From an uncultured Actinomycetota bacterium (lineage in GTDB: Bacteria > Actinomycetota > Actinomycetes > JAFAQI01), in the NCBI GenBank assembly GCA_963770565.1, contig CAVYQE010000002.1, forward strand, positions 800,001-864,000: 64,000 bases of DNA, given 5' to 3'. Made by a program: the position numbers and the translations under genes. The notes under the pieces were generated by a model. The model saw nothing but the letters and a program-made list of their open reading frames with translations. It made no database searches and was not told the DNA's origin. Of the stretch, positions 9,772-18,709 are shown in pieces (positions within the stretch are counted from its first letter, which is position 1; each line of letters opens with the position of its first letter).

Positions 9772-10896
9772 CTAGCGGCCGCTCACGGCAGCGATCTGGA
9801 ACTGCCCGGTCGGCACATCGAGATGCTCGGGGAGGTACAACCGCTGGACGGCGGCGGCGACCGCCTCGGCCACGGTGTCGCGGAACTCCGGCGTAGCCAA
9901 CCGGGCTGCGTCGCCCGGGTTCGTCAGGTAGCCGGCCTCGAGCCGGACCGCAGGCATCCGGGTCAGCCGGAGTAGCGCCCACGACTTGGGATGGGTGCGG
10001 CCGTCGACGAGGTCGGTTCGGCTGGTGACCTCGCGCGAGACCAGGTCGGCCAGTCGCTCACCGACTGCGGACCGGATCTCCCGGGTGGGGAGGCTGGCGC
10101 CGTAGAAGAAGCACGCGCTGCCGCAGGCGCGCTCGCTCGGCACCGCATCGAGGTGCAGCGAAACGAAGATCTCGGCCGCCAGGTCGTTGGCCAGCGCGGC
10201 CCGGTCACGGTCGTCGGGGCAGGCGTCGGCACTGCGGGTGAGGTACGTCGTCATCCCCAGCGCGCCGAGGCGACCCTCGATCCGAGTGGCGAGGTCGAGC
10301 ACGATCTCGGCCTCGACCAGCCCGTTCGCCGTACCGCCCGGATCCGGGCCACCATGGCCCGGGTCGAGCACGACCACCCGGCCGGCCAGCGCGCCGACGC
10401 CGCGGCGGAGCCGTTCTTCCTCGCGGCGCTCGGCCGCCTCGCCGCCGGTCACCGTCCGGCGCAGCTGCTCGAGCGCGCGCAGCGTGCCCGGGCCCAGCGT
10501 GCCGTCGGCGCGCAGGCCGACGTTGCGCTGGAACTCCTTCAGGGCGGCTTCGGTCGCTCGGCCGAAGATGCCGTCACAGCGACCCGGGTCGAAGCCCATG
10601 TCCAGCAGCCGCTGCTGCAGGGTCGCGACGTCGTCACCGACGAACGGGCGCGCCACCGAGTAGGACAGCAGCCGATCCCCGACCCGCCAGTGCGCCTCGT
10701 CAAGGGCTCGGTAGGTCTCGGGCCCGACCACGCCGTCGACCCGCAGCCCGCGTTCCTGCTGGAAGCCGCGGATCGCGAAGTCCATCGGTTCGTCGAATCC
10801 GGTGCATGAGGCCGCCGGGAGCAGGCCGAGACGCTCGAGCTTGGCTCGGATCTCGGCTACGGCGGGGCCGCTGTCGCCGCGGCGGAAGAACTGCAT
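9772..10896 (-). CDS. cwlM: CwlM-family N-acetylmuramoyl-L-alanine amidase with two PG-binding domains
   Basis: Two FQ.ERGL..DG.VGP.T repeats, Amidase_3 motifs DPGHGG / SLH / LEAGY, C-terminal PTG motif; next to trxA. Confidence 0.88.
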   Translation of the reverse strand: MQFFRRGDSGPAVAEIRAKLERLGLLPAASCTGFDEPMDFAIRGFQQERGLRVDGVVGPETYRALDEAHWRVGDRLLSYSVARPFVGDDVATLQQRLLDMGFDPGRCDGIFGRATEAALKEFQRNVGLRADGTLGPGTLRALEQLRRTVTGGEAAERREEERLRRGVGALAGRVVVLDPGHGGPDPGGTANGLVEAEIVLDLATRIEGRLGALGMTTYLTRSADACPDDRDRAALANDLAAEIFVSLHLDAVPSERACGSACFFYGASLPTREIRSAVGERLADLVSREVTSRTDLVDGRTHPKSWALLRLTRMPAVRLEAGYLTNPGDAARLATPEFRDTVAEAVAAAVQRLYLPEHLDVPTGQFQIAAVSGR

Positions 10897-10927
10897 GACC
10901 CATCGATGCTAACCGCCGGCCGGACCG

Positions 10928-10959
10928 GCGAAACCCCACCCAAAGGAGTGGGGTTTCGC
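10928..10959. terminator. Hairpin downstream of trxA (likely terminator)
   Basis: Perfect 12-bp stem gcgaaaccccac / gtggggtttcgc with an 8-nt loop. Confidence 0.6.
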
Positions 10960-10992
10960 GAATATCCGGGTTAGTGGCGGGCGGGTCGAGGC

Positions 10993-11319
10993 TTAGAGGT
11001 AGGCCTCGAGGTCGCGCAGCAGCGCAGCCTTGGGCTTGGCGCCCACAATGCTCTTCACAACCTCGCCGGAGCTGAAGACCGACATGGTCGGGATAGACAT
11101 GATCTGGTAGCGCCGGGCGATCTCGGGGTTCTCGTCGATGTTGACCTTCGCGACGGTCAGCCGGTCGGAGTGCTCAGCGGCGATCTCTTCGAGCACCGGA
11201 GCGACCATCTTGCACGGCCCACACCACTCGGCCCAGAAGTCCACCAGGACGGGAAGCTCGCTGCCGAGCACGTCGGCGTCGAAGCTGGCGTCGGTGACGG
11301 TCTTGGTGTTGGCGCCCAT
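10993..11319 (-). CDS. trxA: Thioredoxin
   Basis: VDFWAEWCGPCK. Confidence 0.97.
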   Translation of the reverse strand: MGANTKTVTDASFDADVLGSELPVLVDFWAEWCGPCKMVAPVLEEIAAEHSDRLTVAKVNIDENPEIARRYQIMSIPTMSVFSSGEVVKSIVGAKPKAALLRDLEAYL

Positions 11320-11356
11320 TCAGATCTCCTTGGTCACTTGCAGGTGGTGCCTGCAC

Positions 11357-11382
11357 AACACAACTGCGGTCGGCGTTGTTCC
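11357..11382 (-). promoter_or_regulatory. SigR/SigH-type ECF promoter for trxA
   Basis: GGAAC-N18-GTT on the minus strand between trxB and trxA. Confidence 0.7.
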
Positions 11383-11400
11383 CTCGCGGCGAGCTGCCGG

Positions 11401-12342
11401 CTAGCGCTGCTCGGCCGGCAGACCGTCGAGGTAGTGCTCCACATCCAGCGCTGCCGAACAGCCACTGCCGGCCGCGGTGATGGCCTGACGATACGTGTGG
11501 TCGACGAGGTCCCCGCAGGCGAACACGCCAGGGAGGTTGGTCCGGGTGTGCGGGGCGTCGACGACGACGTACCCCTCATCGTCGAGGTCCACCTGGCGGC
11601 GGATGAGCTCGTTGCGCGGGTCGTGGCCGATGGCCACGAAGACGCCACCGACATCGAGGGTCCTGGTCTCGCCGGACTCGACGTCCTTCAACACGATCCC
11701 CGAGACGCTGTCGTCGCCGACGATGTCCTCGACCGTGCTGTTCCAGGCGAAGGCGATCTTCGGGTTGGACGCCGCCCGCTCGGCCATGATCTTCGAGGCG
11801 CGCAGGGCGTCTCGCCGATGCACGAGGGTGACCGACTTGCCGAACCGGGTGAGGAAGGTCGCCTCCTCGACCGCCGAGTCGCCGCCGCCGACGACCGCGA
11901 TGTCCTGGTCGCGGAAGAAGAAACCGTCGCAGGTCGCGCACCACGAGACGCCATGGCCCGACAGCCGCTTTTCGTTGGCCAGGCCGAGCTCCCGGTACGC
12001 CGAGCCCATCGCCAGGATGACCGATCGCGCCAGGTGCTCTTCGCCGCCGACCACCACGCGCTTGATCGACCCGGTCAGGTCGACCTCGGTGGCGTCGTCG
12101 CTGATGATCTCGGCGCCGAACCGCTCGGCCTGCTTGCGCATCAGGTCCATCAGCTCGGGGCCCATGACGCCGTCGGGGAAGCCCGGGAAGTTTTCGACGT
12201 CGGTGGTGTTCATGAGCGCGCCGCCGTACTGCACGCCTTCGATCAGCAGCGGCTTCAAACTTGCCCGTGCGGTGTAGAGGGCCGCGGTGTAACCCGCCGG
12301 CCCTGACCCGATGATGATGACGTCACGGACCGCGCCGCTCAT
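11401..12342 (-). CDS. trxB: Thioredoxin-disulfide reductase
   Basis: [17 protein letters not shown] redox motif, [17 protein letters not shown]; ATG at 12342. Confidence 0.97.
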   Translation of the reverse strand: MSGAVRDVIIIGSGPAGYTAALYTARASLKPLLIEGVQYGGALMNTTDVENFPGFPDGVMGPELMDLMRKQAERFGAEIISDDATEVDLTGSIKRVVVGGEEHLARSVILAMGSAYRELGLANEKRLSGHGVSWCATCDGFFFRDQDIAVVGGGDSAVEEATFLTRFGKSVTLVHRRDALRASKIMAERAASNPKIAFAWNSTVEDIVGDDSVSGIVLKDVESGETRTLDVGGVFVAIGHDPRNELIRRQVDLDDEGYVVVDAPHTRTNLPGVFACGDLVDHTYRQAITAAGSGCSAALDVEHYLDGLPAEQR

Positions 12343-12379
12343 CGCTGCTCCAGACCTGGTTGTGATGCTCCGCCTGCAG

Positions 12380-12405
12380 AACAGGAGTCTAGGGAGCGGC
12401 ATTCC
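12380..12405 (-). promoter_or_regulatory. SigR/SigH-type ECF promoter for trxB
   Basis: GGAAT-N18-GTT upstream of trxB. Confidence 0.75.
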
Positions 12406-12411
12406 CGCCGG

Positions 12412-13293
12412 TCAGTTGAGCGGTACCTCGTCCCTGATTCGCACCACGAGGTTGCCGCTGCAGCTCGGGTTCGTGACCCAGACGTCGACCTTGTTGGGGT
12501 CCGGGTCGCGCATCACGAGGATCGCGGACGGCGCCTTCTTGTACTGCCCGTTGGTCCAGCGGCCGAAATCGACCGCGATGGGCACCGCGTTCGGAATCCC
12601 GGTCAATGCGGCCGCACAGTGCAGGATGCGCGCGCGCGAGTCGAACAGCGGGCGCAGCACGGCTGGCACGGGCTGATCCGACAGGTTCTGCGGGTGGGTC
12701 GTCGCCGCGGTGCCCGACGCCGCGGGCTCCGGCGGCACACTGGTGGACGTCTGAGGGCTGAACTGTGCACCCGCGACCAGCCCGGGGATCAGCGTCGCCA
12801 GGTTGCTCGGCGTGTAGGTCACGCCGCTCGACGTGCGGACGTAGTCCTTCGGCTGCGCCAGGGCGCTGCGCTCGCTGCTCGGGGTGGAAGCGGTGGTGCC
12901 GCCCGCCTCGCTTCCGCCGGATGAGGACCCGTTCCCCAGGTGGCCGATGATGATGGCGCCGAAAGCGAGCACGATCACGGCCGCGGCCGCGCTGCCGGCC
13001 ATGGTCGGCCGGCTGAACCGCCGCCGCCGGTGCTCAGCGAGGTTCGGTACGACGTCGGGTGAGCTCGTCGAGGCGCGGGTGAGGGCCCGGTCGAGCCGCG
13101 CCTGCACCGCCTCCGGCATCGGCTCGGTGGGAAGTGCGGCGAGCGCCTGCTTGGTCGAGGCGATGGCATCCACGCGCGACCGGCACTCGGCGCACCCGGC
13201 CAGATGCGCCTGCACTTGCGCAGCACGCTCGGGGGTGAGCAAACCCTCGTCGAGCTCGGCGAGCTCGTCGAAGTCGATGTGGTCGTCGGTCAC
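12412..13293 (-). CDS. Membrane-bound ZAS anti-sigma factor (RsmA-like partner of SigM)
   Basis: N-terminal H...HLAGCAEC (HxxxCxxC) zinc motif and a single TM helix; coupled to sigM. Confidence 0.85.
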   Translation of the reverse strand: MTDDHIDFDELAELDEGLLTPERAAQVQAHLAGCAECRSRVDAIASTKQALAALPTEPMPEAVQARLDRALTRASTSSPDVVPNLAEHRRRRFSRPTMAGSAAAAVIVLAFGAIIIGHLGNGSSSGGSEAGGTTASTPSSERSALAQPKDYVRTSSGVTYTPSNLATLIPGLVAGAQFSPQTSTSVPPEPAASGTAATTHPQNLSDQPVPAVLRPLFDSRARILHCAAALTGIPNAVPIAVDFGRWTNGQYKKAPSAILVMRDPDPNKVDVWVTNPSCSGNLVVRIRDEVPLN

Positions 13294-13937
13294 GCTGGCT
13301 CCTCGCCGTGGTTGTTCTCTGGTTGGACGCGCGGCGCGGCGAAGTCGTTCCCGGGCCCGGATTCGGCCCGGGGCTCGGGTGGTGCGGGTCGTCTCGGGTC
13401 GAGCTCGCTCAACTGCTCGGCGAGGCGGGCTCGGGCCCGGGCACAGCGGCTCTTCACTGTGCCGGTGGGGACGTCGAGCATGTCCGCCACCTCGTTGACG
13501 CTGTAGCCCTCGATGTCGACCAGTACGACGGCCGCCGCCTGCTCGGCCGGCAGGGCACGCAGCGCGGCCATCACGGCGAGCGAGGTCTCGCGCTCCGCGA
13601 CGGTGTCGCGGTCGGCCGGTTCGGAGGCGGGCTCGATCAGCAGCGGCTCGGTCGGACGCACCGATTGGCGGCGGGCCAGGTCGAGGCAGGCGTTGACGAC
13701 GATCCGGTGCAGCCAGGTGGTGACCGCCGAGCCGCCCCGGAAGCCGGCCGCCCCGCGGTGCGCGGACAGCAACGCGTTCTGCAACGCGTCGGCGGCGTCC
13801 TCTGGGTGTCCGAGGGTCCGAAGCGCCACTCCCCAGAGGCGATCCCGATGCCGGTTGAACAGTTCGGCAAAGGCATCGGGGTCGCCGTCGACGTGACGGG
13901 CGAGCAGCTCGTCGTCACCCGGCGGTGCGGCGCTCAT
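13290..13937 (-). CDS. sigM: ECF sigma factor SigM
   Basis: AFAELFNRHRDRLWGVALRT...DAADALQ...TWLHRIVVNACLD...GTVKSRCARAR; conserved sigM-rsmA-trxB synteny. Confidence 0.9.
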   Translation of the reverse strand: MSAAPPGDDELLARHVDGDPDAFAELFNRHRDRLWGVALRTLGHPEDAADALQNALLSAHRGAAGFRGGSAVTTWLHRIVVNACLDLARRQSVRPTEPLLIEPASEPADRDTVAERETSLAVMAALRALPAEQAAAVVLVDIEGYSVNEVADMLDVPTGTVKSRCARARARLAEQLSELDPRRPAPPEPRAESGPGNDFAAPRVQPENNHGEEPA

Positions 13938-14006
13938 TGCAGTGAGGGTAAAGGCTCGGGTCCGCTCGGCGGTCCTGACAGGCCGCGCGGGCGGGCATGA
14001 TCGCGG

Positions 14007-15401
14007 CTAGTGGAGCAGGGCGATTTCGGCCACCCCGAGCCGGTAGCCGCTGCCGGCCTTGGGCAGTGAGGTGATCCAGAGCAGCCAGTAGCGCGCGCGA
14101 ACCGCGGTCGCGAGGGTCAGCCGAACTGCGGCCGGACTGTCGGTGCGGGACGCGACAACCGGAAGGTCGCTGGCCTGCGTGGGCCGGACCGAGCCAGCCC
14201 TGATCTCGAAGCTCGCCCCGGGCGCCGAGAGCAACAGCTGGGCGACGGCAACGGTGGTCGGGTGGCGCAGGTCGAGCAGCAGGCCGACGCCGGGCTTGAG
14301 CCCGCCGAAGTTCGGCCGGCCGATGTAGGTGTCGGTGGTCCACTGTGTCGACGGGTCGTCGTCGACCGCCAGGCCGACCCCGCCCGGATCCTCCGACCCG
14401 TCGCCGTCCGGGTCGAAGCTGGTGATGTGCGGCGGGGTCGACCAGACCACCCGGGTGGTCACCGTCCCGGTCGTCTGGCGGGGCTGCGGGAAACTCGGGG
14501 CGACCGCCCGGGCCGGGCTCGGTACACGGCCGAGATCGCTGCCCAGCGTCCACGCGCCGAGCCCGACACCGGCGACGAGAAGCGGCGGGACCACCCGCCA
14601 CGCGACCCGCCGCCAGCGTCCGCGGCGTGGGTCGTCCGGATCCGGCGGCGGTGGGTTGAGGGGAGCCAGCGGAAGCCGGGCGAGGTCGTCGGCCATCGCC
14701 GCGGCGCTCGGATAGTCCCCGCCCAGCGCGCGGGCCGTGACCGCGTCCAGCTCCCGGCCGACCGCACGGCGATGGCGGCGCGGATGAAGCCCGTCCCCTC
14801 GCGTCGGAGCGGGCAAGCCGTCCCAACCGGGCAGGGGCCAGCGCCCGGTGACTGCGGCGTACAGCAGGCCACCGAGCCCGCGGGTGTCGTCGTACGACGG
14901 CTCTGGGCGCAGTGCAGTGCTCAGCTCGAGTCCGGTGATCCGCGGGTTGCCATCGCCGGACAGCACGACCTCGTCGGGGTGCAGCGCCCGGTGGTGGGCG
15001 CCGTGGTCGTTGGCTACTGCCACTGCCTGCGCGCACGACAGGACCAGTGCGGTGGCGACCGCGGGGCGCAGTGGTTCGTGGCGGATCGCGGTGGCCAGCG
15101 ACGGTCCGTCCACCCATTCGCTGATGATCCACACCGTCAGCGGCAACTCGTCCGAGCTGGTGCCGACATCGAGCACCCGCACCCAGCGGGCGTCGGGCAC
15201 GTTGCCGGCCCGGCCGGCGGCATCGAGCAACGCTCGGCCGGCCTCGGCGCTCTGGTCGACGACGATCCGAATCGCCACCTGGCGGCCGAGGACCTCATCG
15301 GCGGCCCGCCAGAGGGTTGCGTCGGGTCCACTGCGGTGGAGCAGCTCGTCGAGGCGATACCGGTCGGCCAGCCGGGCGCCTGCTTCGGCCCGCGGCTGCA
15401 C
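14007..15401 (-). CDS. Ser/Thr pseudokinase + TM + extracellular discoidin-like domain (counterpart of the C-terminal part of mycobacterial MviN)
   Basis: Kinase fold LADRYRL..LWRAADEVLGRQVAIR with degenerate catalytic motifs (VAIR, HRALHPDEV, ITG); C-terminal AVDDDPSTQW.T..Y...FGGLKPGVGL...RYWLLWITSLP. Confidence 0.85.
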   Translation of the reverse strand: MQPRAEAGARLADRYRLDELLHRSGPDATLWRAADEVLGRQVAIRIVVDQSAEAGRALLDAAGRAGNVPDARWVRVLDVGTSSDELPLTVWIISEWVDGPSLATAIRHEPLRPAVATALVLSCAQAVAVANDHGAHHRALHPDEVVLSGDGNPRITGLELSTALRPEPSYDDTRGLGGLLYAAVTGRWPLPGWDGLPAPTRGDGLHPRRHRRAVGRELDAVTARALGGDYPSAAAMADDLARLPLAPLNPPPPDPDDPRRGRWRRVAWRVVPPLLVAGVGLGAWTLGSDLGRVPSPARAVAPSFPQPRQTTGTVTTRVVWSTPPHITSFDPDGDGSEDPGGVGLAVDDDPSTQWTTDTYIGRPNFGGLKPGVGLLLDLRHPTTVAVAQLLLSAPGASFEIRAGSVRPTQASDLPVVASRTDSPAAVRLTLATAVRARYWLLWITSLPKAGSGYRLGVAEIALLH

Positions 15402-15431
15402 GCCTCGATGCTAGGGGCGAGTGAGCACGTT

Positions 15432-16535
15432 CTACGACAGCACGGTGCCGGGCTTCGCCCATGGCCGCATCGCGCCGATGAAGCCCTGCATGTAGACCGG
15501 TTGGATCTGGACGTTCTCGCCGGTGTGTGGAGCAGCGATCATGAGGCCCTGGCCGATGTACATCGTGACGTGGTGAATCGTCGCGGGGTCGGAGGTGTTG
15601 AGCGCGAAGAACAGCAGGTCGCCCGGCTCGAGGTTCGCGATCGAGGGGTGCGGTCCGGCGTTCCACTGCTCGGCGGCCGTGCGAGGCAGGTTGATGCCGG
15701 CGTGCGCATATGACCACTGGGTCAGGCCGCTGCAGTCGAAGGAATCGGGCCCGGTGGCGCCCCACACGTAGGGCATCCCGATCCGGCTCCGGGCGGCGGC
15801 GATCGCGGCCGCAGCAGTGGCGTTCGGCGGTGCGACCGGCGTCGCCGGGTTGATCGTGCCGCCGGCGGCCCGGACCGCGTCGATGAAGGAGGCCGCGCTG
15901 GCTTCGGCCGCGGCTGCCTCGTCTGCCTTCAGGATCTTGCGGACCATGCCGTTGGCGGCGTCGAGGGCGTTCTGTTCCTGGTTGAGCAGCCCCTGGACCT
16001 TGGTCGCGTCGGCCTGGCGGACGATCTGCAGCTGGGTGACCTCGCGGGCGAGCTTGGCGTCGCGCTGGTCGAGGGAGTGGGCCTGCGTGAGGGTCGCGAC
16101 CGCCCCCTGGGCGATCCGGCTCTCGTAGGAGATGACGTCGCCGGCCAACCGATACCGGTCAAGCGCCTGCGCCGGATCCTCGCCACTGAGCAAGGAGGCC
16201 ATCACCACCGGGTCGCCGCCGGTTTCGTACAACGCTCGAGCCCGGTTGACCACGGTTTGCTGGGCGGCGCTCGCGGTGGCCTGCATGGCGCTGAGCGCCT
16301 GGTCGGCCTGACCGCGTCGGGCCACCGCGATGTTGAGCTCGGCCTCGGTCGCGTCGTACTTCTCGGTGACCACCTCAGCCTGGGTGGTGAGCTGGTCGAC
16401 GGTCTTGCTCAGGGCGGCCGCGCGGGCGCGGGCGTCGCTGAGCGGATCAGCAGTGGCGCTGGTGGCGAGGACGGTGGTGAGCACGCTGGCACTGACGAGG
16501 ACCAGTACGCCGGCGGAGCGGCTGAGGCGGCGCAT
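15432..16535 (-). CDS. Secreted coiled-coil NlpC/P60 (C40) peptidoglycan endopeptidase
   Basis: Signal peptide, long coiled coil, GMPYVWGATGPDSFDCSGL, PGDLLFF, HHVTMYIG. Confidence 0.92.
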   Translation of the reverse strand: MRRLSRSAGVLVLVSASVLTTVLATSATADPLSDARARAAALSKTVDQLTTQAEVVTEKYDATEAELNIAVARRGQADQALSAMQATASAAQQTVVNRARALYETGGDPVVMASLLSGEDPAQALDRYRLAGDVISYESRIAQGAVATLTQAHSLDQRDAKLAREVTQLQIVRQADATKVQGLLNQEQNALDAANGMVRKILKADEAAAAEASAASFIDAVRAAGGTINPATPVAPPNATAAAAIAAARSRIGMPYVWGATGPDSFDCSGLTQWSYAHAGINLPRTAAEQWNAGPHPSIANLEPGDLLFFALNTSDPATIHHVTMYIGQGLMIAAPHTGENVQIQPVYMQGFIGAMRPWAKPGTVLS

Positions 16536-16930
16536 CAGCTGATCGAGTTGCCGTCGCCGTGCTCGACGGTGACCGTGTACTTGCGAAGGGCGCCGATCCG
16601 ATGAAACACCAGCGTGCTCACAGGGCGTCGCAGCGTCAGGTGGACAGTGCCGTCCGGGTCGACGGTGAAGTCGCGGGTGAGGACGGTCTCGTGCTTGCCG
16701 GCGACGGCAGCGACGGCGGCCTGGTAGGCCAAGTCGATGTTGGTGGGGTGGGAGTGCCAGGCGGAGCTCGCGGCGTAGGCGGCAGTCTGGGCGTCGTTCT
16801 CGGTGGAAACCCGGGAGGCCATCACGGACACGCCGTCGTAGGCGAATACGCCAACGATGGCGAGCACGACGACGAGGACCGTGATGGTCTGAAGTCGTGC
16901 GGCACCACGGTCTTTGCCGCTGGTCCGCAT
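16535..16930 (-). CDS. TadE/TadG-like pilin-type small membrane protein (putative)
   Basis: ATG 16930 after AAGGAGG; MRTSGKDRG|AARLQ followed by a hydrophobic helix and ...DAQTAAYAAS, resembling Tad pseudopilin N-termini. TGATG-coupled to the NlpC/P60 gene. Confidence 0.55.
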   Translation of the reverse strand: MRTSGKDRGAARLQTITVLVVVLAIVGVFAYDGVSVMASRVSTENDAQTAAYAASSAWHSHPTNIDLAYQAAVAAVAGKHETVLTRDFTVDPDGTVHLTLRRPVSTLVFHRIGALRKYTVTVEHGDGNSIS

Positions 16931-16949
16931 TGTCCCTCCTTCAGAAGGG

Positions 16950-16978
16950 ATGTCGGCCCGATCGAGCGGCGCCTTGAG
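16950..16978 (-). promoter_or_regulatory. Putative sigma28 (FliA/WhiG-type) promoter
   Basis: CTCAAG-N15-GCCGACAT just upstream of the RBS of the pilin-like gene. Confidence 0.55.
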
Positions 16979-17050
16979 GTAGCGGAGCGGCACAAACCCG
17001 GCGTCGGCGAGCGGGCGCAAGCGGCCGGCGGACCCGGATCGAGCTCGGGG

Positions 17051-18709
17051 TCAGAACCGGCCGGGCAGCAGCTCCAGGAGTTCGCCCACCTCGTGCACCC
17101 GCAGCCGGCGGGCAATCAGGATGAACACGACAATCCCGACAGCCGCTGTGGCGGCGATGTCGGCGAGCGCTCCGAGCGGCCGTGACTCCCTGCCGGACCC
17201 GATCAGGCGGGTGATCAGCTCGGCCGGGACGGCCGCGATCAGACCGGCGAAGAGCAGCCGCACATGGGTTCGGATCACGTGCGTCGGCTCGGTTGCGACG
17301 ATCCGGCGCCGCAGCATGATCGTGAAGACCGCAGCGCCGAGTACGTACGACGCCGAGTAGCCGAGCGCCAGCCCGAAGGCCTTGTCCCTCGTGGGCAGCG
17401 CGATATAGAGGATCACGTCGACGATCAGGTTGACCGCGGTCGCCGCGACGTTGACCAGCATCGGGGTACGCGAGTCCCGCACCGCGAGCCAGGCGCGCAA
17501 CTGCATCTGGAAGGCGCAGAACGGCAGCAGCCCGATCCCGAACGCGACCAGCACGACGCCGGTCTGGTGCGCGTTGTGCGGAGTGGTGTGGCCGTGGTCG
17601 AACACCGCGATCGCGATCGACGGGCCGAGCACGATCAGCAACACGGTGGCCGGCACCAGGACGACGGCCGAGACCGACAGCCCGCGGGCGAGGGAGTGTG
17701 CGACCGCGGACTCGTCGCCGGCCGCGGCGCTTCGGCTCATCCCGGGGAACAGTGCCGTGATGACCGACACCGCGACGACGGCGTACGGCAGCGAGAACAG
17801 GATGTAGGCGTTCGAGTAGATCGCGTAGACGCCCTGGCCCTTGCCGACCGACTCCGACAGGGCCACGACCACGAGGTAACCGACCTGGTTGGTGACGACG
17901 TAGCCGAGCATCCAGCCGGCGAACGGCCCGGCCTTCCGTAGCCCGGCGTGCCGCCAGTCCCAGCGGGCCTTGAGCCGGAAGCCGACCTGGCGGAGCGACG
18001 GCATCAGGGCAATCGTCTGCACGACGACGCCGGCGGTCGTGCCGATCGACAGCACGAGGGTCTGGGTATGGCTGAGGTAGCCCGGGTGCGGGGTCGTGTG
18101 GGTGATCACGTCGAAGGTGATGCCGGCAGCGATCACGACCACGTTGTTGAGCACCGGCGCCCACATCGGCGCCGCGAAGCTGCCGCGGACGTTCAGGATC
18201 GCGCCGAAGGTCGCGCCGATCCCGTAGAAGAGCAGCTGCGGCAGGAAGAACCGCGCGAAGGTGACCGCCAGCTCGCGCTGGGCCGGCCGCGCGTAGTGCG
18301 CGTACGCCGAGATGATCACCGGCGCGAGCAGTACGGCGAGGATCGCGACCGCGGTCAGCACGACCGTGACCACCGTCAGCAGCCGCTGGGCGTAGGCCTC
18401 ACCCTCGTCGCCGTCGTCGTGCGCGGCCTGCACGAGCAACGGCACGATGACCGCGCTGAGGATGCCGCCGAGCAGCAGGTCGTAGAGCGCGTTGGGCACC
18501 GTGTTGGCCACCCCGTAGGCGTTGCCGACGCCGGCCTCGCCGATCGCCGAGGCGATCACTGCGGTACGCAGGAAACCGGTGCCCCGGGAGGCGATCGTGC
18601 CGTAGGCCATCGCCCGGCTGCTCGAGGCCAGGCTGGGCGGAGCCGGCGGCGCCAGTGGTGTCGGTGGCGGCACCGGGTCCGGCTTGATCGGGATGATCGG
18701 GTAGCTCAT
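17051..18709 (-). CDS. murJ: Lipid II flippase MurJ (MviN)
   Basis: TIASRGTGFLR, ANTVPNALYDLLLGG, FFLPQLLFYG, APVLNNVV; many TM helices. Confidence 0.95.
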   Translation of the reverse strand: MSYPIIPIKPDPVPPPTPLAPPAPPSLASSSRAMAYGTIASRGTGFLRTAVIASAIGEAGVGNAYGVANTVPNALYDLLLGGILSAVIVPLLVQAAHDDGDEGEAYAQRLLTVVTVVLTAVAILAVLLAPVIISAYAHYARPAQRELAVTFARFFLPQLLFYGIGATFGAILNVRGSFAAPMWAPVLNNVVVIAAGITFDVITHTTPHPGYLSHTQTLVLSIGTTAGVVVQTIALMPSLRQVGFRLKARWDWRHAGLRKAGPFAGWMLGYVVTNQVGYLVVVALSESVGKGQGVYAIYSNAYILFSLPYAVVAVSVITALFPGMSRSAAAGDESAVAHSLARGLSVSAVVLVPATVLLIVLGPSIAIAVFDHGHTTPHNAHQTGVVLVAFGIGLLPFCAFQMQLRAWLAVRDSRTPMLVNVAATAVNLIVDVILYIALPTRDKAFGLALGYSASYVLGAAVFTIMLRRRIVATEPTHVIRTHVRLLFAGLIAAVPAELITRLIGSGRESRPLGALADIAATAAVGIVVFILIARRLRVHEVGELLELLPGRF

